A DNA stretch of 64,000 nucleotides. It comes from Octopus vulgaris. Lineage: Eukaryota. This document shows, piece after piece, positions 24,886-38,865 of the stretch. The notes under the pieces are model-generated. The model was given only the letters and a program-made list of their open reading frames with translations. It was not told the origin of the DNA and made no database searches. How positions within the stretch are numbered: the stretch's first letter is position 1; the number at the start of each line of letters is the position of its first letter. The stretch is from NCBI GenBank assembly GCA_951406725.2, contig OX597815.1, positions 111,972,001 to 112,036,000 on the forward strand. The letters run 5' to 3'. The position numbers and the translations under genes are program-made.

Positions 24886-25086
24886 TTTTAATGTACACGA
24901 TATTTTTAGGTGAATATATATATATATATATATACACTTATAAAACATATTTAAAAGTTCTCAGAGAGAGATATACAGTAACAGTAACGAATAGTAAAAT
25001 TTATTTGCCAACAGAATGTGGCGGTGCACATATATTACGATGTTACTGTTGTTTAAGCCCAACGAAAAGAGCGGTTTGTGAAGAGG

Positions 25087-25126
<40 letters not shown>

Positions 25127-26329
25127 GATGGAGGCAGAGAGAGGGGTATTACCTATTGGGTGTATAGCTCAAGATAACGAGACAGATATTTGAAATGCAC
25201 GAGGTAAATGAGCACTGAACGTCATGGCCAAGTCGAGTGAAAAAGCTGACTTTTAAGGAGATTTAGGTGATGTTCTTGTAGTTGCAATACTGTTTTAAAA
25301 CCACCAAATTGTAGGGTTGGGTAAAATTCCTCCTGTAATGTAAGACGTCATTTTTTCAAATTACAGTTATGATCGAACCACTTTAGTTCTTCAAATCCTG
25401 TGTTGATAATGTGAAAGAACATCCATAGGAACATGTTTTTTACTCAGACGCCTAGCTGTTTTTGATGAGCGAAGTTTTGTATTCGAAGTAGGCCATAAAA
25501 TTTGGCAGCTGGTAACAGCCAGTAGTTTAAATGTTTAAGTATATAAGTATACCTCAATGCAGATTTATTCCAGCGAATTATATTCTTGCACAAAAACAAA
25601 GAATAATTTTATCATATAACAGTACATGAATATAAATAAGAACGTAATTGAATGTATTTCTGATCTAGGGTATTCAATTGGGAAAGAATGTCCTGTCCTC
25701 CAGCCTACGTAAGCAGTCGATATTCCAGTTCCAATATTTCAATAACGGCAGGATTATTGGGAAGCAAATAATTATCTTTCAGATACTGAAGCACTTCCAT
25801 AATTAGTTCCAGCTTTTATAACTCAGCAGCAATAGAAAACAATTATCGAAAAATGAAAACAATAGAGGAAAGACTAATAAAATATAAAAAAAACTAAATA
25901 AATTGTAAAAGAGAAAATTAGCTCTAATTATATGTATTTAATGAAATATTTGTAAATTTTCTTACAACCTATGTCTGCTTCACTAGAAGATGTTACTATT
26001 GCGCAATATTTTCAACAGCCAGTTTCTGAGAGAGTACTTTTGTTAGCGGCCAAGATATAGATGAAGGAATTAATCGTTGCGAAATTATTGCATTTCATCA
26101 TAAAGTATATCAAAGGATCTGTCTAAAACGAATCATTCATCACTACCTCTTTGATATTTCGGTAACCGCTACATACGTAAAAATTAGGTGATACACAAAA
26201 AATACTTATATATTTATTGTTTTATTTTTTTAATGGTTTCAGTCATAGGAATACGGCCATACTGGAGCGCCACCTTAGATTATCTCTTTTTGTTTTGTTG
26301 TGGCTTCATGGCTGGAAGTTGGTCTATGA

Positions 26330-27620
26330 ATGAGTTTGAAGTATCTGGTCTTCATTGAGTGTATACTTAAATGGTTGGCTCGCCTGGTCGTTGGTAATTT
26401 ATTTTATGTATTTGAAAATCTTCCTGTACACTTTTTATAATTTTTGATTTCTTTAGGCAGGCAGTTGAACTAGATATCATACTAGAACAATAGATTACAT
26501 TTTCTCCTGATTTCGACGGTGGTATATTTGAAAGCCAATAGTATCCACCAGTTTGAGCATTAAAATCCTTTCTAATGCCGAAGTTTTGACCCTCCAGAAG
26601 TTTCTTCAGTGTTCAAGAGAGTAGAGACGCAGAGCTTTCAAACGTTTTCAGGAATTAAGGCTTTTAATCAATTATTTTACTGGTGAACGTTCTTTGTAAC
26701 CCTTCGATTTTTTCTATGAGACTAAAGCTGTAAGCAGTAATCAGATCTAGTCAGAACTAATGGTTATCATAGGATCAGAATAACTACAGGTTCTTTTGTC
26801 AGGAAGATTCGTAGGCTCCACTATATGGCATGTCGGCATTTAGAGGTCAGTTTGCTGATGTGACTCACAAAAGACGCATCATTTCGCATGATTACTCCTA
26901 AGTCCTATATGTCATTAGCACTCTGAATCATTCTGTTATCAGGTGTCAAATGTGACAAATAATGTGATTTGTGTGCATTGAATTTCATATTGTTTTTATC
27001 TGCCAGAAGTTTAACTCATTTTAGAGTGTGACGGCATCTTCTGGAATTTCAATAGTCATTGATACTCTATTGTCATTGGCATGGCTCAGTAGTTGGCTGA
27101 TAGGGCGATGGTAAATGATAATGGTCTTTGAACCGTGCCCTGAGGCACACCACTTGCAAAGAAGAAACCGCTTACACCAACAGATTTGTTCCAACCCTAT
27201 AAAAGTGTCATTCTCCGAGTTGTCTCTTATCCTATTATACATGATTTTTTAAGGAATTTTTTCAAACGCTTTAGCAAAATCATGCTATATGTTTTTAGTG
27301 TCCATTCCTCGCAAGAAAATTTTGAGGATAATGTTATGGTGCTGTAATAGCTGTGTCAGACAACTTCTCCCACATCTAAGATGTTGTGCGAATATTTGTG
27401 AGGAATCGTTAGTATATAATCCATTCAAGTCCATTAGAGAGCCACTCTGATTATGTGTAGACGATTTTTGCTTTGCAAAAAACGAAAAAGAATTCAACAT
27501 TATACTTTATATTCTCCAACCTGTTTATTTTACGAAATTTCTTTTTCATAAGATATTTTAAAATCTAGTTCAATGTCCTCCCTTTTCGTTTTTTGTTTCG
27601 TCATCTCATCTTTTGAGAGA
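26330..27620 (-). mobile_element. Decayed CR1/L2-group LINE RT relic
   Basis: GRSCLTQLLQHH..DFAKAF; VPQGTV; parallels the 43047 ORF; many stops. Confidence 0.7.
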
Positions 27621-28260
27621 GAGATTGGTTTTTAGTTTTTTTAGTTTGGTCTTGTTACACATTGGTATCTGTTTATATCGTGGAATCTAGTTCGTGTTGG
27701 TTACACAGTTTGTGTGTGTGGTGGGGGGAATAACATCGCAAATATTCACATTCCATTTCCGATGAGAAATTATTTGTTATACACTGACAAATTCTCAGTC
27801 TTTCCCATTTCTCTAAAGCAGCTTTTTAGCAATTTCCTTATAGATTTCGACACAATGCCTCACGGCGTTTGTTCCGAGTCTTTGAGCTCAAATCCGGAAA
27901 GTGCACACTTTCATTTTCATCCATTCGTATTCATTTGTAATCTACAAGTTTCATATTGAGGTACCTTCTTCGTTCTCTGTGTTATTGTAGTGGTGGTTCT
28001 GTTTCTTCTCTGTTTCTCTCTGTCAGAAATCAACTGTGATCAGATCGGTGACGGTATGAGCTCTTCTAATTTTAAAATTCTCACATCACAGTATATGTTA
28101 ATATAGCAACTTTACGAATCCATCATCCTCATAAATGCCAAATATTTATTATGATCTCGTACGCAAAACTTCCTCAATCTTTTAACATTATATGTTTCAG
28201 AAATAGTGCTAAGAATGCATTATGTATGTATGTTTGTATGTATGTATGTATGTATGTATG

Positions 28261-28291
<31 letters not shown>

Positions 28292-30299
28292 GTAAATGTG
28301 CGTGCATGCATATGTGCATCCGAAATAATGATGATGATGATGGTTAAAATACTATAATTCTTTCGCATTTTGGGAGAAGACCAGTAATTTGCTTTGGGGT
28401 AGCATTTCAATTACTTCAAACCGGGTGCTTGACTAGTATTTTAATTTATCGATCCCGAAGAGAAGAACAAGAAAGTTGACCTCTGAAAGATTTGCGCCAA
28501 GTACGTAAAAAGCTGGGGAAAAATACCATTCACCATTTCGCCCGATAGCATTGACAATCCTACCAGCATGCCAGTAGGGGTGTTAATATCTTTTGTAAGT
28601 ATTTAGACCGAATACAACCTACACCTGGATTCTCCCATTTTCAGTCATAACAATATTCTCAGCTCAGTTTTACGAGAGATACAATAATGTCATGTCCTAC
28701 GTATCACGTATAGCTTAATTTGTTTACATATTACTTGTTCTTTTGAATTTTATAATTTTATGGTGTTGTAAATGAAAGCCTCTAATCGTGTTTCACACGC
28801 ATTTAGCGCAATTTCAGCGTTGGTTTTCTCACTATATTGCCTGTAAGTTTTTATCTCCCGTCTGTCTTCAATTGTGAGATGATAGGGGTGCTACTATTGA
28901 ATATATATGTGAGGGCTCTTCCGTTTCTCGGCTGAGGACAAGATAGATTCTCTCGTTAGGCAGAGCTCCAGCCGGTGTTACTGGCTCTTCTTACTCCTCT
29001 TGAAAACGAACCTCTTCTACCCACAACTAAATATCCTTTGCAAATATAGCCAAAGATAGAGTATTTGTGTCTTCGACACCCCTGTAATTCTGACCTGTGG
29101 AAAACTGCACGCTGTGAACAACTTAAATTTTTATTACTTCATTTCTTGTATTTCTATCTTCTCCGTGTTTTAGTGCAAAACTACTTCACATGTTCCTTTC
29201 GTCTACAAGTTAGCAGCTAAATTTTATTCTTTGTACCACAAGGTCCATTGCATTTGTTCCATTGCGATTGTTTCTGCAACTGCAGTTGATCTATTCAATT
29301 ACACAACTAATATTTTGAATTTCAAAATTTCATGTTATCTCGTGATCACCTATCACCTGCGACAGTGTTAGACTGACATGAAATCCGTAGCGTAAAACCA
29401 AGTGGACAGCAAGTTACTAATCAACATTGTTTTCGATCAGCGTGATGGTCATCTTTGTAGTTTTCTTCACGATATCCTGGGGTATTGTAGCTCAGGATCT
29501 TCGCCTGATTTGACGCCTTGTTTCTGGTCTGAAATCGAAGCAGGCTGTTCTGTGCATTTTGTACTGGTCAAAAGAGAATATTTCTCCTCACATTTATGAT
29601 ACGGCTCCTCTTTGTTTTCTTTTTTTGTTTAAGCACATTTAAAATGCCCCTATTTCTTAGGTAAATGGATCAATAATTTTTGTATTTTTTGCTCACTACC
29701 GTATACAGTTGGTCGGTGGGTGAAGAGGGGCAGATTTTCCCCAGGAGTTTCAGCGGCATTGATCCAATCTAGTAACAATAGAAAGAATTTTAAAAAACAA
29801 AATTGCCTAATATTGAAATTCTTGAACAACTTCAAATCTGTTATTGTGCTTGCTAAAGAGGTATGTACTCTTAAGCAATAGCGGAAACATTTTTAGTTTT
29901 GGCAAAAAATGTATGTAGGCGTCAGCAGTTCAGCTATTGCTTTTGGCCACATTAACTCTCAAGTTATTCAAATTGACATTTTGTACTTTAAAGATTAATT
30001 TATTTGTTCAAGTCTCACACTATTATTTTGCTGTGAAATTAAATTATAACTTTTTTTCTTGTAAATTGCATCATTTTGTCCATGGCCAAGTTTCTTTGTT
30101 CGTTTTGCATTGGAACTTTAGCAGCCATTTTTTGTGTGAAGACACCATGCGTTTAGAAACAATCAAATCTTATTTTCTCTAGTGTAAAATGATTGCGTGG
30201 CTGATTCCAATTTTACAATATTCTTTCTGCAAGTGAGTAAGTTTAATACAAAAACTGTGCATTGTAGTAAAAGAAGTTCACTTTGAGGGGTAAGTCAAC

Positions 30300-30343
30300 A
30301 AACAACAACAACAATGACATCGACGACGACGACGATGATGATG

Positions 30344-30413
<70 letters not shown>

Positions 30414-30690
30414 CAGCAACAACAATAACAACATTAATAATAATAATAATAATAATAGCAAGCAGAAGAAGAAGATGAAGAAGAAGAAGGAGAAGGAGAA
30501 GAAGGAGAATATGACGAGAAGAAGAAGGAGGAAGAGGGGGATTAGGAGAAGGAGGAGAAGGAGGAGGGGTGAAGAAGGAGGAGGAGGGGTGAAGAAGAAG
30601 AAAAAGGAGGAAGAGAAGAAGAAGAAGAAGAAAAAGGAGGAGGAGGAGGAGGAGGAGGAGAAGAAGAAGAAGAAGAAGAAGAAGAAGATG
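30300..30690. repeat. Compound AAC/GAC/AAT/GAA/GGA microsatellite
   Basis: Direct reading. Confidence 0.95.
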
Positions 30691-30804
30691 AAGTCTTTCT
30701 ACTAAAAGCACAAGTCCTGAAATTTGGGAGGGTGAGGATTACTCTATTATATCGACCCCAGAGTCCAACTGGCTCTTATTTTATCGACCTTGAAAGAATG
30801 AAAT

Positions 30805-31070
30805 GTTGTTATAGGCGCCCTAAGAATGATAGCAAAAGGGGATGAATCCTAACTAAATCAGACGCTAGGAAACCCCAAAATGGCAGAAATTCAAAAGATA
30901 CTGCTCGTGGAAACTGCCCATATCCTACGTAATATACTGTCTATGTAATCTCAAATTTTCAAACAAACTCATAATTTTCTTATGTTTCCTTAAAAATTCT
31001 GCAGAACAATATTATGTGCAAAACCAAATATATGACACCCTAGGCATAACCCCAAGACGAACTTCTATAT
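30805..31070 (+). mobile_element. RLE LINE extreme 3' fragment
   Basis: VVIGALRMIAKG..EIQKILLVETAHILRNILSM*, then UTR and AAT. Confidence 0.7.
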
Positions 31071-31109
31071 AATAATAATAACTTCTAAATTATAATGATA
31101 ATTTTTGCG

Positions 31110-31812
31110 TAGCCCTACAAGTGAACTTAAAAGACCAGGTTACAGATATAAAATTGGTGACAAGAAAATATGTCATCTACTTTATATGGATGACTTGAAA
31201 CTCTATGGCAAAATTGACAAAGAGCTTGAAGGACTAATACGTACTGTGAAAGCATTGTGATGACATCGGGATGAAATATGGTATTGATAAATGTGCCAAG
31301 GCCACAATCCAGAAATGGAAATTGAAGACCTCACATTCAGTGGTGTTGAGTGTTGACACAGTAGTAAAGAACTCGAGCAGGGACAAACTTACAAATACCC
31401 CGGAATAAATGAGAGTTCTGCCATTCAGCATGCAAGCATGAAAGAGAGGATCATGAAGGAATGTTAGAGAAGAGTTCTAGCAGTCCTAAACGCAGTGTTA
31501 AATACACGTAACAAAGTTTTACCTGTAAATTCCTTAGCAATTCCTGTTGTTGTTCACAGTTTCAATGTGTTCAACTGGAATATGATGAACATAAAGAAGA
31601 TTTAAAAGAAAATCCGTATGCTGCTGAATTGCACTAAAATATACCATTCAAAGGCAGACGCAGTTCGACCTTACCTATTGAGAGCTCAAGAAGGTCGAGG
31701 CTTGATCCACTTTGTAATGTAATCTCTTACAAAACTGCCACAATTGGACTGGCAAGATGTCTTTAAAAATCTAACGACTGGATGTTACAGCTCGTTAAAA
31801 ACCCTGAAAGAC
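31110..31812 (+). mobile_element. R4/Dong-like RT fragment
   Basis: GYRYKIGDKKICHLLYMDDLKLYG..DDIGMKYGIDKCAK; NSLAIPV. Confidence 0.8.
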
Positions 31813-31972
<160 letters not shown>

Positions 31973-32081
31973 GTATATACATATATATTTCTTGGCCCTA
32001 TATGTCAGAAAGGCACTCGGAAGGAGTTAGGAATGAAAGATGTTAATGGAAGTGATGATGATGGTGATAATAATACTAATG

Positions 32082-32141
<60 letters not shown>

Positions 32142-32155
32142 TTAATAATAATATC

Positions 32156-32186
<31 letters not shown>

Positions 32187-32222
32187 TTAATAATAATATT
32201 AATAATAATAATAATAATAATA

Positions 32223-32261
<39 letters not shown>

Positions 32262-32296
32262 TCAATAATAATATTAATAATAATAATAATAATAAT

Positions 32297-32372
<76 letters not shown>

Positions 32373-32402
32373 TTAATAATAATATTAATAATAATAATAA
32401 TA

Positions 32403-32464
<62 letters not shown>
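32082..32464. repeat. (AAT)n microsatellite
   Basis: Direct reading. Confidence 0.97.
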
Positions 32465-32983
32465 TGGAAGCTATGCCAACATTATGGAATAACAACAGAA
32501 AAAAGATGGTATAGGCACACACCAGAAACGGTCACAGAAAACGAGAAAGCAACCATACTCTGGGATATGCCGATACACACAGATAGAGAAATTAAGGCCA
32601 ACAGACCAGATATAGTTGTCAGAGATCATGAAGAAAAAAATGCTTTCTAATTGATGTATCAATACCGGCAGATGACAACGTGTCTCTAAAAGAAATGGAA
32701 AAACTCTCAAAATACAAAGGCCTGGAAATAGAGGTAACTAGAATGTGGAATCTGAAAACAGAAACAATTCCTATCATAGTAGGTGCATTAGGCATGATAA
32801 AAAAATATTCAGACAACACATATAACATACAAAAAATTGCACTACTAGGCACTGCACACATCCTACGCAGAACACTTTCCATACAATAACCATCAGAGCA
32901 TCACAACAAATCACAGCACATACCCAAGGCACACTGAGCTGCGCTCGGTAGTGAAGTGAAAGCGCGCTATAAAAATACAACTA

Positions 32984-32986
<3 letters not shown>
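32465..32986 (+). mobile_element. 5'-truncated copy of the 12968-15204 Dong-like family, in (AAT)n
   Basis: Highly similar to 14653-15200 ([25 protein letters not shown]), including the 3' UTR; ~30-nt deletion at an acaa microhomology. Confidence 0.93.
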
Positions 32987-33054
<68 letters not shown>

Positions 33055-33614
33055 TAATTTGCGGAACCAATAACAAAACAAAGAAAAACAACGCCAGAGT
33101 GATAATCAAAAATACTATCTAATTGTTCATTTAAAAGTTACACACACGCACACTACGATGAAACGCCTCTCCAAAACATACAAGAATAAATTCATGCTGT
33201 AAATACCCAACAAACTGAACAAAACCCACAACAGATAAGGCCGATAGCCAACAGAATAGCACAACCTGCGCTACATAAACAACATACAATATAAAAACTA
33301 ATGCAACAGAAGACTCGATAACAAAACTTACTGATACAATACAATATCCCCCACTTAAAAATGAAGTACATACTACCTCACCAACAATACAAAGTTGTTT
33401 GAAACATTCAAATGTCGAAAACTAATAAAATATTAGTGGACATAAGAATGGCGATAAACGTTAACTTACCTCAGTTTATGAGAGACAGGACTTTCAGAAC
33501 AACTCTGGTTGTAACAACAAAAATAAAGCTAGACTTTTACAGCAAAGGTCTTTCGCTCGGCAGTAGTTCAGTAAAGATGCAGAGTGACCATATCTACCAT
33601 TGTAATACAGCATC

Positions 33615-35540
33615 AGCAGATAATAGAGCAAGGAGAATGAAGTGGACCAGCGAAGACAGTAGGATAGTGATACAACGTTACTTAGAAAGTGAACCTAAAA
33701 GAAGGGGCTATAGAAAACGGATATTAACACTTTGGTTAAAGAAGGGTATGTTTAAAGTGACGGAGCTTAGATTAGCTGATGAAGCTAATACTATTAGGAG
33801 AAGAAAACCGATGACAGGATTAGAGGTATAAGAGATCACAAGAGAATTGGAAAAGAAAGACAGATAGTAGTAAAGACAGGCAACAACATAAGAGATACAG
33901 CTCAAACCAAGGAAGAACCGATAGGAAAAAATAATAATAGCGCTCCCAATAAGGAAAGGACAACTGGCAGCAGTGAGCCAAGTCAATTAAGTGAGGAAGA
34001 TCAGAAGATTTTAGAGTTGCAGGAAGTAAGAAGTAAAAATGTCACAAAAAAATTGCTAGAATTAAAAGGAACCAACAGAAGGAAGCTACAAGAATCGACT
34101 AGGAAAGTAGATTCTGTTATCAGTAGTATGGATACTAAAAATATAGAAGATACTAACTTATTGATTTGTGCAGGAGGGGTAGTAGCCTCCAGAAAATTAG
34201 ATATCTCAGGGAATAACTTAAGAAATGGCAAATGCGGAAAAGAAGACTACAAGATAAAGTGAACACTTTAAGACAACATCTCAACAGAATAGAATCCTGT
34301 AAAACATACAAGTTAGGAAAGAGAAGAAGCAAATCTTGCCTCGGGAAAAGATGCTTAGTCACAGGGGAAGGATTTGGGACAATAATAGAAGAGTTGAAAC
34401 AGCGTATGGTATCAATAGCAGGACAGCTTTCCAGATGTCAGAAAAAAATAGATCAGTATCAACAGAATAGATTATTTGAAACAGAGCAGAGGAGATTTTA
34501 TAACCGAATAAATAGTGGAGAACAAAGTACTGAAGATGAGAAACCTAATGCAGAAGAAGCTAGAATTTTCTGGAGTAATATTTGGGATAAACCAGTCAAT
34601 CATAATGGAGATGTAGTATGGTTAAAGAAAGTGAGGAAAGTAGTAGTGAGTGAAGCAACAAGATTTAAGATTAACTTGTGAATTGATGAGTAAAGTGTTA
34701 GAAAAAGTGTCGAAATGGAAAGGCCCAGAACCAGATTTATTTCAGGGGTACTGACTAAAAAATTCAGTAGTTTGCACCAGAGGTTGAGAGAATAACTTCC
34801 GGATTGCCTTAATGGAGGAATAATACCAGATTGGATGACTAGAAGGAGGGCAATACTCATTACAAAGGATAAGAGCAAAGGTAATACAGCTAGCAAATAT
34901 AGACCAAACATTAGCTTACCATTAATGAGAAAGCTTTTAACAGGGACGCGTTCAAAAAATATTTAGAGGCACCAGAATTTAGTAACAGAACAGAAAGGTT
35001 ACAGGAAGAAGGCTAGAGAAACTCATAGTTCTGTTATATGTAGACAGAGCAGTTCTAAATGGAGTAAAAACTACAAAGAAAAATTGAACAATAGCATGGA
35101 TAGATTATAGGAAAGCCTATGACATAATCCCACACTCATGGATAAGTTAATGCTTGAGTATATTCAGTATAACAGACAACATAAGAGAATTAGTTAGCTG
35201 TAGCATGAAGAAATGGAAAGTATATCTCTATTCAGATGACACACCCTCAGGGTAAGTTAATATCAAAAGGGAAGTTTTCTAGGAGGACTCGTTGTTCCCT
35301 TTAATATTTGTGTTATATTTGATCTCCTTCAGTCTAGTAATAATGAAGTCAATGGTAAGGTGTCGGTTCAGAAATAGGAATTAAAAAATTAATCATTTGC
35401 TCTACATGGATGATCTGAAGCTTTTTAGTAAGAATAAAAAATAGATTACTTAATACAGATTGTAAGACTCTTCAGCAAAGATATAGGCATGGAATTTGGT
35501 ATAGATAAGAGTGCAATGCATACATACGAGAGGGAAACTA
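33615..35540 (+). mobile_element. R4/Dong-like LINE, N-terminal and RT portion, decayed
   Basis: KWTSED..RGYRKRILTLW..RLADEA; DQYQQNRLF; FWSNIWD; YRP; AWIDYRKAYDIIPHSWI; HLLYMDDLKLF; DIGMEFGIDK. Confidence 0.85.
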
Positions 35541-35799
35541 CTATGTGGATACCCTTATGCTAGAAGGAGATCCGCTATGGTCTTACCACTAAAAAATGTT
35601 CTCGAGAAAAATTCAGCAAACAACCAAAACGTAATAAAGCAAGACAAAAGAAAAGCAATAAAAATATGGATTATTCACATACATGTTTCACTATTACCAT
35701 ATTACGTAATTTTACTTACGTAAGATGTCTGTAGATCTTCAATGTGACCGTCCAAGTGAATATAACTTGTAGAACTGTATACTGGGACGTCCGCACAAA

Positions 35800-35935
35800 G
35801 TCAGGCTTGTAAACATGCTGAACATAATGCGTTGTGGTATTTCGTCTGCTGAAATCGACTTTACATTAATCCTCTTTAGAGGTCGATGGAATAAATACGG
35901 ATTAAACGCTGACGCAATCGACTAACCACCTTCCC
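35800..35935 (+). mobile_element. SINE family B fragment
   Basis: gtggtatttcgtctgc..tcgacttt.cattaatcctctttagaggtcgat..aatcgactaa. Confidence 0.5.
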
Positions 35936-37488
35936 TACACTTTAGTTATTGTAAGTATAGTAGAAAGGTTATTTAGTTATGTCATTCGATTCAGTTAATT
36001 CAAAAGCTTCTAAGGTTAAATAAATTGTATCATAAAAATAGACGTATCGATATAATCGTCCTTTCAGTCTCTCAATAGACTTTGGTTTTATCCTTATTTC
36101 AGAAATCATTATTTGTCATCCTTTGCTGCTCTGCTAAAATTTGAATACTGAATCAAAAACTTCTAGTATGATGGTTTTATTTGAATTTCAGAAGTAAAGA
36201 AATAATATTTCTCGATTAACATATAAAGATTTCCGGTCCAATTCCTTTAAAGACAAAACCATGGGACCAAAGAAATCATTAACACATTTTATCAGAAGGA
36301 AACTTTTTATGCACTTCGTGTGTAATTTTCCATCTATAGAGATTTGGATTGAATAAACATTTGGCCTACTCAAGTTTTCATGCCATTCATAATCGTTTCA
36401 TGTTTACTCTCTGAACAAACAAACATTGTGTTTCAGAGTAAAAATGTTTACCATAGCAAATAATTGTTTTCTTATGGAAATGATATATTTTCGCTGATTT
36501 CAAATCTATATGTTATCTTAAAAGGAAACTAATTATTTTTCGTCTCTTATCAAAAATGCTGAAGTCTATTTAACGAAAAATGAAATTTCTATATGGTATT
36601 AGATTGTGAAGGTTGTACTACAAGCTGCCATATCTGATGTATTGTGACACTGGAAGGTGTTTCGATTTCTACTTTGAAATCGCATCAAGTAAAGTAAACT
36701 AAAAACGAAATAAAGTTGCAAATTATGATGTTTAAATGTATCCATACTAGATCCATATCTTACAGAAATCCAAGATACAAAATTTATATATTATTTGTGA
36801 TTGCTTCTAAAATAGTGTCTTGTGGGTCATTGGAATAAATGCCATATTGATCTAAGGAATAAATGTATATCTGGAGGTTCATAATTCTTCAAAAATATAC
36901 TGAACTCTTCTTAAATTTCAAACCTGTCTTGTCTACAATCAGTAGCAGTACAGCCAGGCATGGCGAACTTCTCAGCATTGACATACATTTTATGTAATAC
37001 ATTCATTCACATTTCGTCCATTTCTTCACCAACAAAGCACACTCCCGAAACGAAAGTTTGGCATTAACTGCTTCAGGAAAAAAATTCAACAAAGCCCCTG
37101 CGAATGATGTATTCTTGTAATCGTAAACAAAACTTACGATGAAAAAAATAGTTTCGAGATCAGTTGAGGAAAGACAGCTGATTTATGCAGTTGCTGACCA
37201 TGCTAGAAAAGCAACCAAAATATCCATAAATTTATATTGTACTATCTTACGGTAAGTTGATCCATTGATTAATATAGCCCTTGATACACTATATTTGAAC
37301 AAAATACATGTTTTGATATATTCTGTAGACTTTCAATATTGATATATTTGTTCGCGGCTGACCGAGGATAAACAACAACCATAATAGAATAAGATGCAGA
37401 AGTGATCCAGAAAAATATATTACAAACATTAAAAAACTAGCCGGTAGTGTTAAGTGGCATACTAGGATACACATCACGAAATCTGAAT

Positions 37489-37523
<35 letters not shown>

Positions 37524-38554
37524 AACCGCCGAGCTAGAAGTGAAAAACATTAACTACGTTTATACAAGTTTAAATCAAAATCTACACGTATAAGATGCAC
37601 AAAGCAAAGTTGTAAATGAAGGATTTATAAACTCCAGTGATTATTAGCAGTAATCTCTCACTCAAATCAAACACAAGCCTTTAAAAAAGAACGACGCATT
37701 AATTAGGCACTCTTGAGTGCTCTGGATTATAATAAATAGCGACACTCTCCAGTTTTACATAATATGGATTATAGGTTAATTGATCAGAGCAGACTTGGAG
37801 CTGAACGTCTGCAGCAACTATAAGAGTTATAAAGAGAGAGGCTAGATTGTAAATAAAATATTTAAAGTGCGGAATATATGATATGTTATGAGTAAAACAT
37901 GAGGATAAAGTCAATGTTTTATACAGAGTACTGCATTTGGATGATAAAAGTGACAGACATAGAGAAAGAGAGGAGAGAGGTATTAAGAGAGGAATAGGCG
38001 TGGTAACAGTGTGAGTGAAAAGGTATAAGTGTTAGGAAAAATGAAAATAAAAGGAATGTCATTCTGCTTCGTATAATGTTGAAGAGGTGTGATTAAAAGA
38101 CGAAAATGTTATGTATACATGCAAATACACGAATATCTGCAATAACTGTTTGTGGCTCGCTTGATACAAAGATACTTCGAATTTGAAGAGCGCGTGTATT
38201 TTTTTACATCATTTGAATGATTTGTAGAGTAGTAGAGGTGAAAATCAGAGTTGTTACAAGGGCAGGGAGCTAAAATGGATGTTGCAAAAACCGGACAGAA
38301 ATAGGTTTTTCAAAGTTTGGGGTCTCAGGCGAACAGTAAAGGGTAATCGAATCCGCACTGTAAGCGAACAGAGAAAAATAGCAAATGGTGTTAGGTTTCT
38401 GGTTTATAATCCTGCATGTTTTCGATGCACGACTGATCAAGTGCATCTTCAACTAGAGAACAGATGCTACATTTTTTCACATCTAAAATAAAGTCCGAAT
38501 GCCTATTGTACAATAGTTGAAAGGGAGGGTTATCGAAATGTATTTGGTGTATGT

Positions 38555-38572
38555 GTAGTAGTAGTGGTAGAG

Positions 38573-38637
<65 letters not shown>

Positions 38638-38668
38638 TGTAGTAGTAGTAGTAGTAGTAGTAGTAGTA
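38555..38668. repeat. (TAG)n microsatellite
   Basis: Direct reading. Confidence 0.95.
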
Positions 38669-38802
38669 AGAACAGTGGAGGTATGAGTGCGAATCATGGG
38701 GATTTGATGTGAATAAAATTAGGCAAGTGGTGTTATTGAAGAACATAAGTAATAAGGTAATGAATCTATCAGTAAATTCTCGTTAAATAATCAGTGTTGA
38801 AA

Positions 38803-38865
38803 AGAAGAAGAAGAAGAAGAAGAAGAAGAAGAAGAAGAAGAAGAAGAAGAAGAAGAAGAAGAAGA
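38803..38865. repeat. (GAA)n microsatellite
   Basis: Direct reading. Confidence 0.95.

Noticed and set aside
36820-36962. Minus-strand MPGCTATDC, resembling a THAP domain start
   Set aside because: Stop follows shortly and no convincing W/CxxHF motifs.
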